The position numbers were made by a program, and so were the translations under genes. Under the pieces are notes generated by a model. The model saw only the letters and a program-made list of their open reading frames with translations. It did no database searches and had not been told where the DNA came from. From assembly GCA_035508775.1 (NCBI GenBank), contig DATJMI010000039.1, positions 11,857-75,856 on the forward strand: a stretch of 64,000 nucleotides of DNA, in the 5' to 3' direction. How positions within the stretch are numbered: position 1 is the stretch's first letter; each line of letters starts with the position of its first letter. The stretch is from Candidatus Methylacidiphilales bacterium (lineage in GTDB: Bacteria > Verrucomicrobiota > Verrucomicrobiia > Methylacidiphilales > UBA1321). This document shows positions 1 through 9,664 of the stretch, in pieces.

Positions 1-235
1 GCGGGGAATGAATTGGGCGAGTTGGGAGCCGAACGTGGTGGGTGGAATGTTGTGCGGCGGGGCGCTGGGCAACCTGTTCGACCGGTGGCGGCTCGGTTAC
101 GTGGTCGATTTTTTCGACGCGCACATCAGCGCGTGGCAATTGTCGTGGCCGGTGTTCAACGTGGCCGACAGCCTGATCTGCATCGCGGTGGGCTGGATTG
201 TGCTGAGGCAGTTTGGAGGAGAAAAGAAAAAGTGA
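1..235 (+). CDS. lspA: Lipoprotein signal peptidase II, 3' part (runs off window start)
   Basis: [16 protein letters not shown] and WPVFNVADS motifs typical of LspA. Confidence 0.9.
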   Translation, partial: RGMNWASWEPNVVGGMLCGGALGNLFDRWRLGYVVDFFDAHISAWQLSWPVFNVADSLICIAVGWIVLRQFGGEKKK

Positions 236-271
236 ATGGGGTGCCTACTCCTATATTTCCCGCATGCGCTT

Positions 272-727
272 TTACAGCCGGACAATCTCGGCCTTGAATT
301 TGCCCTCTTTTTTGCGGGTGAGAAAACCGACGCTCAGCGGCGCTCCCTTGTTCGCTAATCCCGCCGAGCCTGGGTTAAAGAGATGAACCTTGTTTTCGAT
401 CTCATCCGCGGGCCGGTGGGTATGACCGAAGAGCACCCAATCGGCGCCATAAGGCGGATGCTGGGGCAGAATGTGGGTAAGATGAAAACATTCGCCGTCC
501 CGTTCGAGATCGAGGCTGAAGGGAGCGGTCAGGCCATGATCATTGTTGCCCAGGACGACAGACAACCGGGGATTGATTGCGCGCAGTTCGTCGAGAATCG
601 ACTCCTGGCAGACGTCTCCAAGATGCCAGATTTCATCGACGTCTCCGAACAGCTTCGCGATGCGTGGAATCCAGCGGTTGTGGGTGTCGGAGATGACGCC
701 AATGCGGTATCCGGACTTGATGCGCAT
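272..727 (-). CDS. Metallophosphoesterase, YfcE/MJ0936 family
   Basis: ISDTH, HLGD, GNND, FGHTH, NPGS motifs. Confidence 0.88.
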   Translation of the reverse strand: MRIKSGYRIGVISDTHNRWIPRIAKLFGDVDEIWHLGDVCQESILDELRAINPRLSVVLGNNDHGLTAPFSLDLERDGECFHLTHILPQHPPYGADWVLFGHTHRPADEIENKVHLFNPGSAGLANKGAPLSVGFLTRKKEGKFKAEIVRL

Positions 728-779
728 GAGGCTCAAGCTTGACTATTCCGCGGTTTCCCGCAACAAAAGTCTTAATTCT

Positions 780-884
780 ATGGGTCAACAGTCGAACAAA
801 GTCCAAAAACGCCGCCGTCGCCGCAACTATCTCAAAAGAAAAAAACTCCAAGCCAAGACAGCGGCGGTCACGGCCAAAGCGTAG
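780..884 (+). CDS. Small basic protein, 34 aa (MGQQSNKVQKRRRRRNYLKRKK...)
   Basis: ATG at 780, K/R-rich ORF in the gap between divergent yfcE and NYN genes. Confidence 0.6.
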   Translation: MGQQSNKVQKRRRRRNYLKRKKLQAKTAAVTAKA

Positions 885-920
885 AGGCTTGCCGGAGGGG
901 ATTCCGCCCTCGATTTCACC

Positions 921-1382
921 ATGAGCGCGCGCTACTTGGTTGTCGACGGCCATAGTGTGATTTTCTCATGGCCGGAATTGCGGGCTCTGCATGGCCGCAA
1001 CCGGGCCGCGGCTCGTCAAGCCCTGGCCACCCAGCTTCAGCATTTGCACGACACCACACCGTGGCGGGTCACCCTCATTCTCGATGGCAAACTCGGCTCG
1101 GCGGTGTCCACCGGTTCCTCCCGGCGCACCGCCGGTATGGTCATTAGCTACGCGACGGCAAACCAGACGGCTGACAGCATCATCGAACGGCTGGTGGCGG
1201 CTTCGGGCCGAGCCCGGGAAATCCTGGTCATCACCGCTGACGAAGCGGAGAAAACCACCGTGGAAGCGCTCGGGGCGGCCACCGCTTCCCCAACTTGGCT
1301 GCGGGAAACTCTCGACCGTGAGGGAGAAGCTTTTAACGCCGAAATGGCTCGCGTCCACCATTCGGCCCGCTGGAAGAGATAA
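921..1382 (+). CDS. NYN-domain (YacP/Rae1-like) RNase
   Basis: YLVVDGHSVI, TADSIIERL, VITAD motifs. Confidence 0.85.
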   Translation: MSARYLVVDGHSVIFSWPELRALHGRNRAAARQALATQLQHLHDTTPWRVTLILDGKLGSAVSTGSSRRTAGMVISYATANQTADSIIERLVAASGRAREILVITADEAEKTTVEALGAATASPTWLRETLDREGEAFNAEMARVHHSARWKR

Positions 1383-1535
1383 TCGAAATAATGGTTAAAT
1401 AGTACATAAATGATTGCCATTTAGCGCGAAAAATGTCATTTCCATCATTGAGGCGCAAGAATGGATTTGACGAATTTGTCCATTTATGCGATTTCTATGA
1501 ACTGTTTTAAGTCAACGACCTAGCCAACTTATCAT

Positions 1536-2279
1536 ATGTCGAAATGGGGAAAAATATTTTTGTACGTCGCGATAGCCGGCGCGGTTCTGGATATCATCGC
1601 CGCAATTTTATCGTACAACAAATTTGGCACAGACAAGTCCAACATTGCCTCGGCTAATCAAAAGTACAAAACGGAGCTATCCCAAGTCGATGCGGCGAAG
1701 AAGGCGGCGGAAGACGCGAAACAAGCTCAGGTCACTGTCCAGGGTGAGTTGAATGATGCGAATACGAAGATCGACCAATTACAAACGCAGTTGACCTCGG
1801 TGCAAAAAGACTACACGGACGCCTCGGTCGCTCTGAAAAAGGCGCAGGAAGATTCTCAAGTCGCCGAACAGCAACTGCAGACCCTGCAGGGCAAATTCGA
1901 TACCCAAAGCGCCGAGTATAAAAAAGCGGCGGCCGATCTCCTGGCCAGCCAGGATGAGCAAAAAATCTTGCAGGATCAGGTCAATGACAGCGTGGCTCAG
2001 ATTACCGAACTCAAGAACGACTTGCAGAACATGAACCATTCCTACATCCCACCGGGCGTCAGCGGCAAAGTCACCTTTGTTAACCGCGCCTGGAATTTCG
2101 TCGTGCTCAATGTGGGGCTTTCCAACGGCGTGGTGCCCAATGGGCAATTGATCGTTTACCGTGGCCGCGACTTCCTGGGCCGGGTTAAAGTCACCTCGGC
2201 CGAGACCAGCTCGTGTGTGGCCGATATCATGCCCGATGCAAAAGCTGATATTCAAGTGGGCGATGATGTGCTTAACTAG
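1536..2279 (+). CDS. Membrane-anchored coiled-coil protein with C-terminal beta domain
   Basis: N-terminal TM helix, heptad-rich middle, C-terminal GKVTFVN..FVVLNVG..GV..G.V.V beta domain. Confidence 0.8.
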   Translation: MSKWGKIFLYVAIAGAVLDIIAAILSYNKFGTDKSNIASANQKYKTELSQVDAAKKAAEDAKQAQVTVQGELNDANTKIDQLQTQLTSVQKDYTDASVALKKAQEDSQVAEQQLQTLQGKFDTQSAEYKKAAADLLASQDEQKILQDQVNDSVAQITELKNDLQNMNHSYIPPGVSGKVTFVNRAWNFVVLNVGLSNGVVPNGQLIVYRGRDFLGRVKVTSAETSSCVADIMPDAKADIQVGDDVLN

Positions 2280-2283
2280 CGCC

Positions 2284-2484
2284 ATGATTCGCTTCGCGCC
2301 GCGTCTTCGCCTCGTTCTTCTTTTGTTGCCCGTGGTTTTGTTGCAGACGGGTTGCGCCAACACCGATACCTCGCCCTCCTCCGGCAATGTCGATTCCAGT
2401 GGCCAGCCGGTTTCCTCCGTTCCTTGGAACAAACCGGAACAGTGGGAAACCACTGGCCAGCTTGGCGGCATGACCGGCCAATAG
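2284..2484 (+). CDS. Small putative lipoprotein
   Basis: Basic N-terminus, hydrophobic core, QTGC lipobox, PWNKPEQWE tail. Confidence 0.65.
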   Translation: MIRFAPRLRLVLLLLPVVLLQTGCANTDTSPSSGNVDSSGQPVSSVPWNKPEQWETTGQLGGMTGQ

Positions 2485-2507
2485 AGGCTATTGGTCCAAT
2501 GCGTGGC

Positions 2508-2978
2508 TTAAATGGCCCGTATTTGCCTTAACGCTTCAAAAAGCACAATCGCCACCGCCGTGGCCAGATTCAGGCTGCGCACTTCCGGATTGACCATCGG
2601 GATGGTGAGGCACGACCCGGCGTTGTCGCGCAAAAGCGACTCGGGCAGGCCGCGTGTTTCCCGACCGAAGACCAGAAAATCGTCCGGTCCAAAATGAGCT
2701 TCCGTGTAGGGCCGCGCCGTCTTCGTGGTTAAATAATGGAAAACCGCGTTGGGATGATTCGTGCGCAGGGCCGTCCAGCCGGGCCAGGTTTTCCAGGTGA
2801 CATGTTGCCAATAATCCATGCCCGCCCGTTTTAATGTCCGATCGTCAAGCTTGAAGCCGAGAGGCTCGACCAAATGGAGCACGGTTCCGGTGGCTGCGCA
2901 AAGCCGGGCAATCGCGCCGGTATTGGGCGGAATTTCGGGTTCAACCAGGACGACTTGAAGATGATGCGGAGCTGGCAT
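2508..2978 (-). CDS. trmL: tRNA (cytidine/uridine-34-2'-O)-methyltransferase
   Basis: PEIPPNTG, RAGMDYW, FGRETRGLP, RSLNLA SPOUT motifs. Confidence 0.93.
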   Translation of the reverse strand: MPAPHHLQVVLVEPEIPPNTGAIARLCAATGTVLHLVEPLGFKLDDRTLKRAGMDYWQHVTWKTWPGWTALRTNHPNAVFHYLTTKTARPYTEAHFGPDDFLVFGRETRGLPESLLRDNAGSCLTIPMVNPEVRSLNLATAVAIVLFEALRQIRAI

Positions 2979-2983
2979 GGTCT

Positions 2984-3784
2984 CTACGCCTTCGATGGAT
3001 ACTTGACCCGAACAAGATAAAGCCCGCAGGCGGGGGCAGTGGCGGGCGCCTCGGACCGGGACCGCGCCTGAAGAATGCGGCCGAACTCAGCCGGGGTGAT
3101 CCGGCCCTGGCCCACTTTAACCAGCGCCCCGACAATGTTGCGGACCATGCGGTAGAGAAAACCATTGGCGGTGAAGTGAAAGACGAGGGTCGCGCCCTGG
3201 CGGGTGATCGTGGCGCGCGACATCGTCCGCACGGTCGTTTCCCGTTCATAGCCGGGATTGCTCGTGAACGAGGCGAAATCATGTTTTCCACGCAGAAGGC
3301 GCGCCGCCCGGCGCATGGAGGCGAGATCGAGCGGGCGGGGCACATGCCAGTGGGTATCGAGCGTAAACGGATCCTGCACCGGATGATTGAGCACAAGATA
3401 ACGGTAGGTCTTGCCGACGGCGTCGAAACGCGCATGGAAAGAGGGGGGCGTCAACCGGCAGCGGACCACGCGCACGTCGCGCGGCAGATTCGCGTTCAGC
3501 GCCCGCAGAAGCACCGCGCCGGTGTGAAGCCGCGGCGCATTGAAAGAAGCGGTTTGCCCAAGCGCGTGGACGCCGGTATCGGTCCGACCCGAGCCGTGCA
3601 GGTGAATCTTTTGCCTCCAGATTTTTTCCAGCGCGGTTTCAATCGATTCCTGCACCGTCCGTTTGCCCGGCTGGCATTGCCAGCCCGAGAATCCGGCGCC
3701 GTGGTAGGCAATGGTCAATTTGTGGCCCTGCAACGCCGCCTCGAAATGGCGGGGGCGGCTCTGGCGCCGTTCCAGCGAACTCAT
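2984..3784 (-). CDS. truA: tRNA pseudouridine(38-40) synthase
   Basis: GRTDTGVHA catalytic motif, FHARFDA, GFLYRMVR. Confidence 0.95.
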   Translation of the reverse strand: MSSLERRQSRPRHFEAALQGHKLTIAYHGAGFSGWQCQPGKRTVQESIETALEKIWRQKIHLHGSGRTDTGVHALGQTASFNAPRLHTGAVLLRALNANLPRDVRVVRCRLTPPSFHARFDAVGKTYRYLVLNHPVQDPFTLDTHWHVPRPLDLASMRRAARLLRGKHDFASFTSNPGYERETTVRTMSRATITRQGATLVFHFTANGFLYRMVRNIVGALVKVGQGRITPAEFGRILQARSRSEAPATAPACGLYLVRVKYPSKA

Positions 3785-4218
3785 GGCCCGGGCGGCGGCT
3801 GGAGCGAGCCGGCGTGCGCGTCGAGATAGCCCTGGAGCAAAACAGCGGCGGCCTCACTGTCGATCAGGCCGCGCTGGGCGCGCGCATCCTTGCCCGATTC
3901 GCGCAACTGGCGGCTCGCCTGCAGGGTGGAGAGCCGTTCGTCGATTAATTTGACCGGGATGCCGATTGTTTTTTCGAGAACGGCGGCGAAAGCCTGCACG
4001 GCAATGGCGTTTTCCCCGGACGCTCCGCTCATGTGACGCGGCAGGCCGAGCAAAATCAGCCCAGCCTCCTCTTTCCGCGCCAGGGCGGCGATTTCCCGCG
4101 CAAGTTTTGCGTCCGGCTTGGCCGGCAGAAAGGGGAGGGGACGTGCCAGCGTGCCGGTCGGGTCGCTCAGAGCGAGGCCGATCCGTTTTGTGCCGTAATC
4201 AATCGCCAGCGTGCGCAT
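3781..4218 (-). CDS. ruvX: YqgF/RuvX family nuclease
   Basis: LAIDYGTKRIGLALSD, DERLST, IDSEAAAVLLQ; start moved to ATG 4218. Confidence 0.92.
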   Translation of the reverse strand: MRTLAIDYGTKRIGLALSDPTGTLARPLPFLPAKPDAKLAREIAALARKEEAGLILLGLPRHMSGASGENAIAVQAFAAVLEKTIGIPVKLIDERLSTLQASRQLRESGKDARAQRGLIDSEAAAVLLQGYLDAHAGSLQPPPGP

Positions 4219-4255
4219 GGCTGCCAGTTTAGCTGCGGCGCGCCGCCATCGCACT

Positions 4256-4600
4256 TTAATTTCTGCGCCGCCGGTAAACCACGCCGAGATAATCGCCCAG
4301 GCGAACCTGGCGAACGGCTTGAAAAGAAATCCGTTTGTTTCCAGGCGTGGGAAAGGGCATGGCCGGGACATCGTCGCCGCCTTTCAACCGGGGTGCCCAG
4401 CAGACACGGATTTCATGGACGTCATCGCGCGCGAAGAGCCGGGTCAGATCGCCGGATTTGAACGAAACGGGTTTCCGTGCCGGGCCCGCCAGGAAAGCCC
4501 GGGCTTTCGGTGGCAGCGCCCGGACCGGCCAACGCGCGCCATCCCAGGTAAGGGCAACGGCGATGATGGCGTGATTTGTTTTGGCCATTCCGTGTTTCAT
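4256..4600 (-). CDS. Hypothetical protein resembling a truncated RibD C-terminal (reductase-fold) domain
   Basis: Coupled to queA stop; VHEIRVCWAPRLKGG resembles RibD_C VDE..L.IAP.L.GG. Confidence 0.5.
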   Translation of the reverse strand: MKHGMAKTNHAIIAVALTWDGARWPVRALPPKARAFLAGPARKPVSFKSGDLTRLFARDDVHEIRVCWAPRLKGGDDVPAMPFPTPGNKRISFQAVRQVRLGDYLGVVYRRRRN

Positions 4601-5625
4601 AAGATCAGCATGGCATCGCCATAAGAGAAGAAGCGATATTGGCGTTCAATGGCCTCGCGGTAAATTTCCAGCAGCCGTTCGCGGCCGGTCAGCGCGCTGA
4701 CCAGCATGAGAAGGGTCGAGTGAGGCAAATGGAAATTGGTGAGGAGGATATCGACCCGTTTGAATTCATACGGCGGATGAATGAAAATCCGGGTGCGGCC
4801 CCGGTGCGGGCGCAGGTGGGGTGCCGATTCGAGGACGCGGGCCGAGGTGGTTCCCACTGCGACGATGCGCCGGGCGGCGCCGTAAGCGGCCTCGAAACCT
4901 TCCGGAATGGAGTAAATCTCCTCGTGCATTTCGTGATCTTCGATGAAGTCGGTCTTAACCGGCCGAAAAGTTCCGAGTCCGACATGGAGCGTGACGAAGG
5001 CGTGATGGAACCGGGAAAGAAGTTCGGGCGTGAAATGAAGACCGGCGGTGGGCGCGGCCACCGATCCGGGTTGGCGGGCGTAGACGGTTTGGTAACGCTC
5101 GAAATCCTCGGCGATGTGTTCGCGTTCGCCGAGAGCGCCGCGGCGTTTGCGGATATAGGGCGGAAGGGGCATTTCACCGATGACGCCGAGATCGGGCGCG
5201 GTGAAAAAGCGGAGGACCCGCTCGCCCCCGGGAAGCGTCTTAAGAACTTCGGCTTCGACCTCTTTTTCTTCGCTGCCCGATCGCGGCGCGAAGCGAAACC
5301 GCATGCCGGGTTTGGCCCGCGCGCCGGGTTTGACGAGCGCCACCCAATGGCGCGGGCTCGTTTCCTCGAGCAGGAGAATTTCGACCCGTCCATCGCTGGT
5401 GGCCAGAGCCGCGGGCTGCACGCGGGAATCGTTGAGAATGAGAAGATCATCCGGCCCCAGGTAACCGGGAAGGTCGAAAAAATGGCGGTGTTCGATCAGT
5501 CCGGAATCGCGATGATAAACCAGGAGACGCGATTCTTCGCGCCGGGCGGTGGGGTGCGCGGCGATCAGTTCCGAAGGCAGGGTATATTCGTAATCGGAGG
5601 TGCGCTGGCGATGCGGACGGACCAT
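4597..5625 (-). CDS. queA: tRNA preQ1(34) SAM ribosyltransferase-isomerase
   Basis: MPLPPYI, YQTVYA..GSVAAPTAGLHF, TNFHLP, YRFFSYGDAM. Confidence 0.96.
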   Translation of the reverse strand: MVRPHRQRTSDYEYTLPSELIAAHPTARREESRLLVYHRDSGLIEHRHFFDLPGYLGPDDLLILNDSRVQPAALATSDGRVEILLLEETSPRHWVALVKPGARAKPGMRFRFAPRSGSEEKEVEAEVLKTLPGGERVLRFFTAPDLGVIGEMPLPPYIRKRRGALGEREHIAEDFERYQTVYARQPGSVAAPTAGLHFTPELLSRFHHAFVTLHVGLGTFRPVKTDFIEDHEMHEEIYSIPEGFEAAYGAARRIVAVGTTSARVLESAPHLRPHRGRTRIFIHPPYEFKRVDILLTNFHLPHSTLLMLVSALTGRERLLEIYREAIERQYRFFSYGDAMLIL

Positions 5626-5636
5626 TGCCGGGGAAT

Positions 5637-5913
5637 TAGGGCATGTTTTAAAATAAGGCAAGGTCGCGTTGCGTGTCAATTAGGCCCGAATCGAGGCGCG
5701 AGCGAAGGAGTGTAGCCGCAGTGCTACGTGAGGAGCGAACGACAAAGCTCCAAGGCAAAAGGACTTCGGCCCGAAGGGTGACGGCCAATTTGGGCCGAAC
5801 TCTTCGTTGCTCATTGGTCAGAGGCCACTGCGGGTATCCTCCCTCCTCGCGTCTCGGTTCGGCCCAAATTGGACTCGTCATGTGACCCACGCCTACTTTT
5901 CGGATAGCCTCTA
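5637..5913. repeat. Palindromic mosaic element A (MITE/RPE-like)
   Basis: Alignable to copies at 36971, 41170 and 58028; right end CCTACTTTTCGGATAGCCTCTA, internal hairpin AATTTGGGCCGAAC...GTTCGGCCCAAATT. Confidence 0.85.
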
Positions 5914-5941
5914 TACTCCCGGCACTAAACGGACTAAGCCG

Positions 5942-6265
5942 TCAATTTTCCACATCAAGCTCAACCAAAACCTTCTCGTCACCTTCGGTATAATTGATGA
6001 CTTTTTGCCCGGTGTGAACTTGACTCAATGTTGCCGGGCTGTCGTCGACCATAATCTTGGCGCCGGGGCTCACGGTATAAATGACTTCTTCAGCCGGTGC
6101 CTTCTTCCCCGGCAGGTCCTTAATCGACAATATGACTTTGTTTTGAGACACGTCCACATTACTGACCGTCGCGCCCTTGCCTCCACCCTTTTTCTTGGCC
6201 TGCGCCGGCAAGCAAATCACAAGGCAAAGTATGCATATACTCAATTGAATGAACCGGGCTTTCAT
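5942..6265 (-). CDS. Small secreted hypothetical protein
   Basis: Signal peptide ending AQA, beta-rich mature region. Confidence 0.7.
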   Translation of the reverse strand: MKARFIQLSICILCLVICLPAQAKKKGGGKGATVSNVDVSQNKVILSIKDLPGKKAPAEEVIYTVSPGAKIMVDDSPATLSQVHTGQKVINYTEGDEKVLVELDVEN

Positions 6266-6421
6266 ATCAAGCAGCGTACTCTGTTTCCGCGCGCCTGCCA
6301 GTCAATTGGTGGAGGCTGGCTGCCGGAAACGATGCATTTTGTTGGGGCAGCTGACTTTTTAGCTGGGGCTTGAGTCGCTTATCGCCACTTTCGATACTTT
6401 CCGGAGCCGGCTTCCAGGAGC

Positions 6422-7027
6422 ATGTTGACGAAGACTTCAGCCTCGGGTTTTCTTTCGATGAGCGGCAGGCCTACGCCGACCGTCAGAGAAACGCCCGCGC
6501 GAAATGGGGAGTCCCTGAATGAAACCGCGGCACTGGCCAAGCAGGCCGGCGCGGAGCCGTTGGCCTTGCCGCTCGATTTGCGCCAACCGGAGGCAGCCAA
6601 AACCCTGGTAGACTCTGCTCTCAATCAGTTTGGCCACATCGACGCGGTAGTGAACATCGCAGGCGCAGTGCCGCAGGTCGACATCCTCGAAATGACCGAT
6701 GCCCAGTGGGACGACGGTTTGGCCATGAAACTCCACGGCGCGCGCCGCATCACCGTCCATGCCTGGAATGCATTGAAGGAATCGAAAGGATCCGTGATCT
6801 TTATGTCGGGAAATTCCGCCCAAGCCCTCAAATCTGCTTACGGGGCCGTGGGCACGATTAACGCGGCCATTGTGGCCATGGCCCGTGCCGGAGAAATCAT
6901 GGCCACCGTGCAGACCGCGATACTTACGGGGACGCCTTATACTCCCCTGCGCGATGCGATCATCGCCCACCCCACCATGACCGAAGGCCTCGTCTTTCTT
7001 CTGCTCGCCGTTCCAGCCAAGTCCTGA
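6422..7027 (+). pseudogene. Chimeric remnant: internal SDR oxidoreductase fragment fused to C-terminus of a MerA/Lpd-like pyridine nucleotide-disulfide reductase
   Basis: FGHIDAVVNIAG and YGAVGTINAA are SDR-like but the GxxxGxG N-terminus is absent; tail AGEIMATVQTAI..HPTMTEGL is a reductase dimerisation-domain motif. Confidence 0.75.
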
Positions 7028-7106
7028 GTGCTACTGACGGCTCATGGCGGCCTCAAACCGACATCGCACTGTAATTTTCTCTATTTCTTAGGTTATTATA
7101 CTTATA

Positions 7107-7129
7107 TGCCCAAGGCGAGAGTCGAATCC
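7107..7129 (-). mobile_element. Degenerate att-like copy of tRNA-Leu 3' end
   Basis: TGCCCAAGGCGAGAGTCGAATCC matches 9665-9687 TGCCCGAGGCGGGACTCGAACCC at 19/23 in the same orientation. Confidence 0.65.
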
Positions 7130-7446
7130 ATCCGCATGCGGACTCCAGACGACTCCAGCGAGTTCCTGTCTCTGAAAATCGAATTTTCAAGAAGACGGTG
7201 TCCGCTGGAGTCAGCCCGAATCACGAAGAATTTGTCAGATGCTTGTCAGATTTTTTAAGGGCTGCTTGCGACCACAATCATGGTCTTGCAGTCAATCCCA
7301 TCGGTCGGACAGGGGTGGCCGGTTGCCCGTCAAAGGTCGAGAGCGTGCCAGTTCCAAAGTCCTTTGGAATTAATTTTTTTGTGCTAAGATTTTGCAACTC
7401 AGACGCCTCCATTGCCCCTGTGGCAAGTCCCCGCGGGAACCGACAG

Positions 7447-9594
7447 ATGAACATAATCCTGCTTCGTTATCGTCGGGAATTTCTAATTTTCGGCTTTGGC
7501 ATACTCTATATCCTCGGCTCCGCCATCGGCCAGCATCTTACCGATAATATCGTAGTCATTCGATTTTTGGATAACGCCCGCTGGACCACCGACTGCCTCC
7601 TCGCCTCGCTGCTGACTTTCCTCGGTCGTTGCGAGGCCGTCAAGGAAGACCGCCGGGCTCGTCATTGGTTTTTTCTGGGGTGGTTCATCTACGCCCTTGG
7701 CCAGATTTCCTGGGACATTCAGATGGCGATCGGATGGAATCCTTTCCCTGCCCCGAGCGATTTATTTTTCCTAAGCCTGGCTCCTTGTCTCACTGTAGGT
7801 CTCCTCTCCGTTTTGCTGACGGGATTGGCAAGGGGCGAGACCCGGGCCGTCCTCCTCGACGTTGCCAGCATTTTAGTAATGGCGTTGACTCTGACCCTGG
7901 CGCTCTATCTCCCCCTTTGGGGGAATACCTCGATCCTGGCGAATGTGGCCGCCGTCCTCTACCCGGTTCTCTATCTCACTACGCTGGGAATCTGCATGCT
8001 GACTGTGCTCACCCGAAAAATACGTCTTGGCCTTGGCTGCGCCCTGACGCTTATCGGTCTGGCGGGCTGGGCCTTCTGCTGGCTCGATTGGAATCTGCGC
8101 ACTCTGTTGGGGCAGGACATGGACGCGACGTCTGTCGGCTACTGGTTCTCGGTTTACGCGCTGACGCTGGGGGCGGGCCTCGGCCGATGGCGGAGCACCA
8201 CTTCCACAAACGCGGTCTACGCACAAGGGTCCCTCCGCGTGCAGAGGCTTCTCCCCCTGCTGCTGGTTTTTGCCGCCTGTGTCGCGCTTGTCGTCGGAAA
8301 CTATCACTTTAAACACAGCGTCGCTGTGGTCATCGACATTGGAGCGGTGGCCATGATCGTCCTCGCGGCAGCGCGGCAAAGCCTGGTGCTTTACGAGCAG
8401 GACCAGATTCTGGAGGCGGAACGCAAGCTGCGCCAAAGCGAACGGCATTTGCAACAGGTCGTGAGTAACAGTAGCGATCTCATCTACGGAGTCTCCGTCG
8501 AACCGGACGGTTCTTTTCGATATAACTCGTTAAATGCCGTCGGGGAGAACCTGGGACTCAAACTGGAACATTTTATCGGCATGGCGCCGCACGACTGCTT
8601 CCCGAAGGAAATCGCCGACCGTTGCCTGAGCAACTACCGCCGGTGCGCGGAGTCGAGCGCTCCGGTTTCCTTCGATTTGCTGATGTCGACCCCCTCCGGC
8701 ATGGCCTGGTTCGAAACCGCGCTCGTTTCCGTCAAAGACGAGAAGGGCCGCGTGACGCAGATCAACGCCATCGCCCGCAACATCACGGCGCGGAAGGCCG
8801 ACATGGAGGCGATGGCTTCCCTCAATACGGAACTTGAGGAGCGCGTCGCGCTTCGCACCGAGGAACTCGGACGCGAAAAGGAGAAGACCGAACAATTACT
8901 CCTCAATGTATTGCCTTCGGACATTGCCGATGAATTGAAAAAGCACGGCAAAGTCGAACCCCGCGCTTTCAATTCCATTACCGTAGGCTTCACCGATTTC
9001 GTCGATTTCACCAAGATCTCCGAATTGCTCTCCCCCTCCGAACTCGTCCAGGAGCTCGACTTGTGTTTTCGCCACTTCGACAACATCGTCGCGGAGCATG
9101 GAATCGAAAAGCTCAAGACCATCGGGGACAGCTATATGTTTGCCGCGGGAATTCCCGTGGCTTCACCCACGCACGCGGTGGACTGCATCCTGGTGGCGTT
9201 GCAAATGCAGGCCTATATCGAAGCGGAGAAAAAATTGCGTGCACAAGCGGGGCGCCACTTTTGGGAGATGCGCCTGGGCGTACATACCGGCCCCATCATG
9301 GGCGGGGTGATCGGGAACAAAAAGTTCGCTTTCGACATCTGGGGCGACACCGTCAATACCGCGTCCCGCATGGAGTCCTCCGGCTTGTCGGGCAAGGTGA
9401 ACGTTTCCCAAACCACCTATGAAATTGCCCGGGACTTCTTTGAATTTGAAAACCGGGGCAAAATCGCAACCAAGCGCAAAGGCGAGCTTGAGATGTTTAT
9501 CGCGCTGCGGATTCGTCCCGAGCTTTCGGATGAAGCCGGCAAGCCCAACGCGGATTTCAGGAATCTTTACCGAGAGCTTCGCCGCCGGTCCTGA
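7447..9594 (+). CDS. Multi-TM sensor + PAS + class III adenylate cyclase
   Basis: About ten TM segments, PAS-like region, FTDFVDFT, KTIGDSYM, FDIWGDTVNTASRMES; start set at ATG 7447. Confidence 0.9.
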   Translation: MNIILLRYRREFLIFGFGILYILGSAIGQHLTDNIVVIRFLDNARWTTDCLLASLLTFLGRCEAVKEDRRARHWFFLGWFIYALGQISWDIQMAIGWNPFPAPSDLFFLSLAPCLTVGLLSVLLTGLARGETRAVLLDVASILVMALTLTLALYLPLWGNTSILANVAAVLYPVLYLTTLGICMLTVLTRKIRLGLGCALTLIGLAGWAFCWLDWNLRTLLGQDMDATSVGYWFSVYALTLGAGLGRWRSTTSTNAVYAQGSLRVQRLLPLLLVFAACVALVVGNYHFKHSVAVVIDIGAVAMIVLAAARQSLVLYEQDQILEAERKLRQSERHLQQVVSNSSDLIYGVSVEPDGSFRYNSLNAVGENLGLKLEHFIGMAPHDCFPKEIADRCLSNYRRCAESSAPVSFDLLMSTPSGMAWFETALVSVKDEKGRVTQINAIARNITARKADMEAMASLNTELEERVALRTEELGREKEKTEQLLLNVLPSDIADELKKHGKVEPRAFNSITVGFTDFVDFTKISELLSPSELVQELDLCFRHFDNIVAEHGIEKLKTIGDSYMFAAGIPVASPTHAVDCILVALQMQAYIEAEKKLRAQAGRHFWEMRLGVHTGPIMGGVIGNKKFAFDIWGDTVNTASRMESSGLSGKVNVSQTTYEIARDFFEFENRGKIATKRKGELEMFIALRIRPELSDEAGKPNADFRNLYRELRRRS

Positions 9595-9664
9595 TTTGAT
9601 CGATTGCAGGTTTTCCACCAGGTTGGAAATTTAGTCGTACCTAATTTATTATAAACCAGTCAAG

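Noticed and set aside
1376-1500. dif-like words (GATAA-TCGAAA-TAATGGTTAAAT and ATTTGAC...TTATGCG)
   Set aside because: Neither fits the 11-6-11 dif geometry without indels; better explained as an AT-rich promoter region
5648-5890. Short ORFs within palindromic elements (also 36930-37163, 41082-41435, 58062-58298)
   Set aside because: Similar peptides arise only because the DNA repeat is shared; starts and frames are inconsistent between copies
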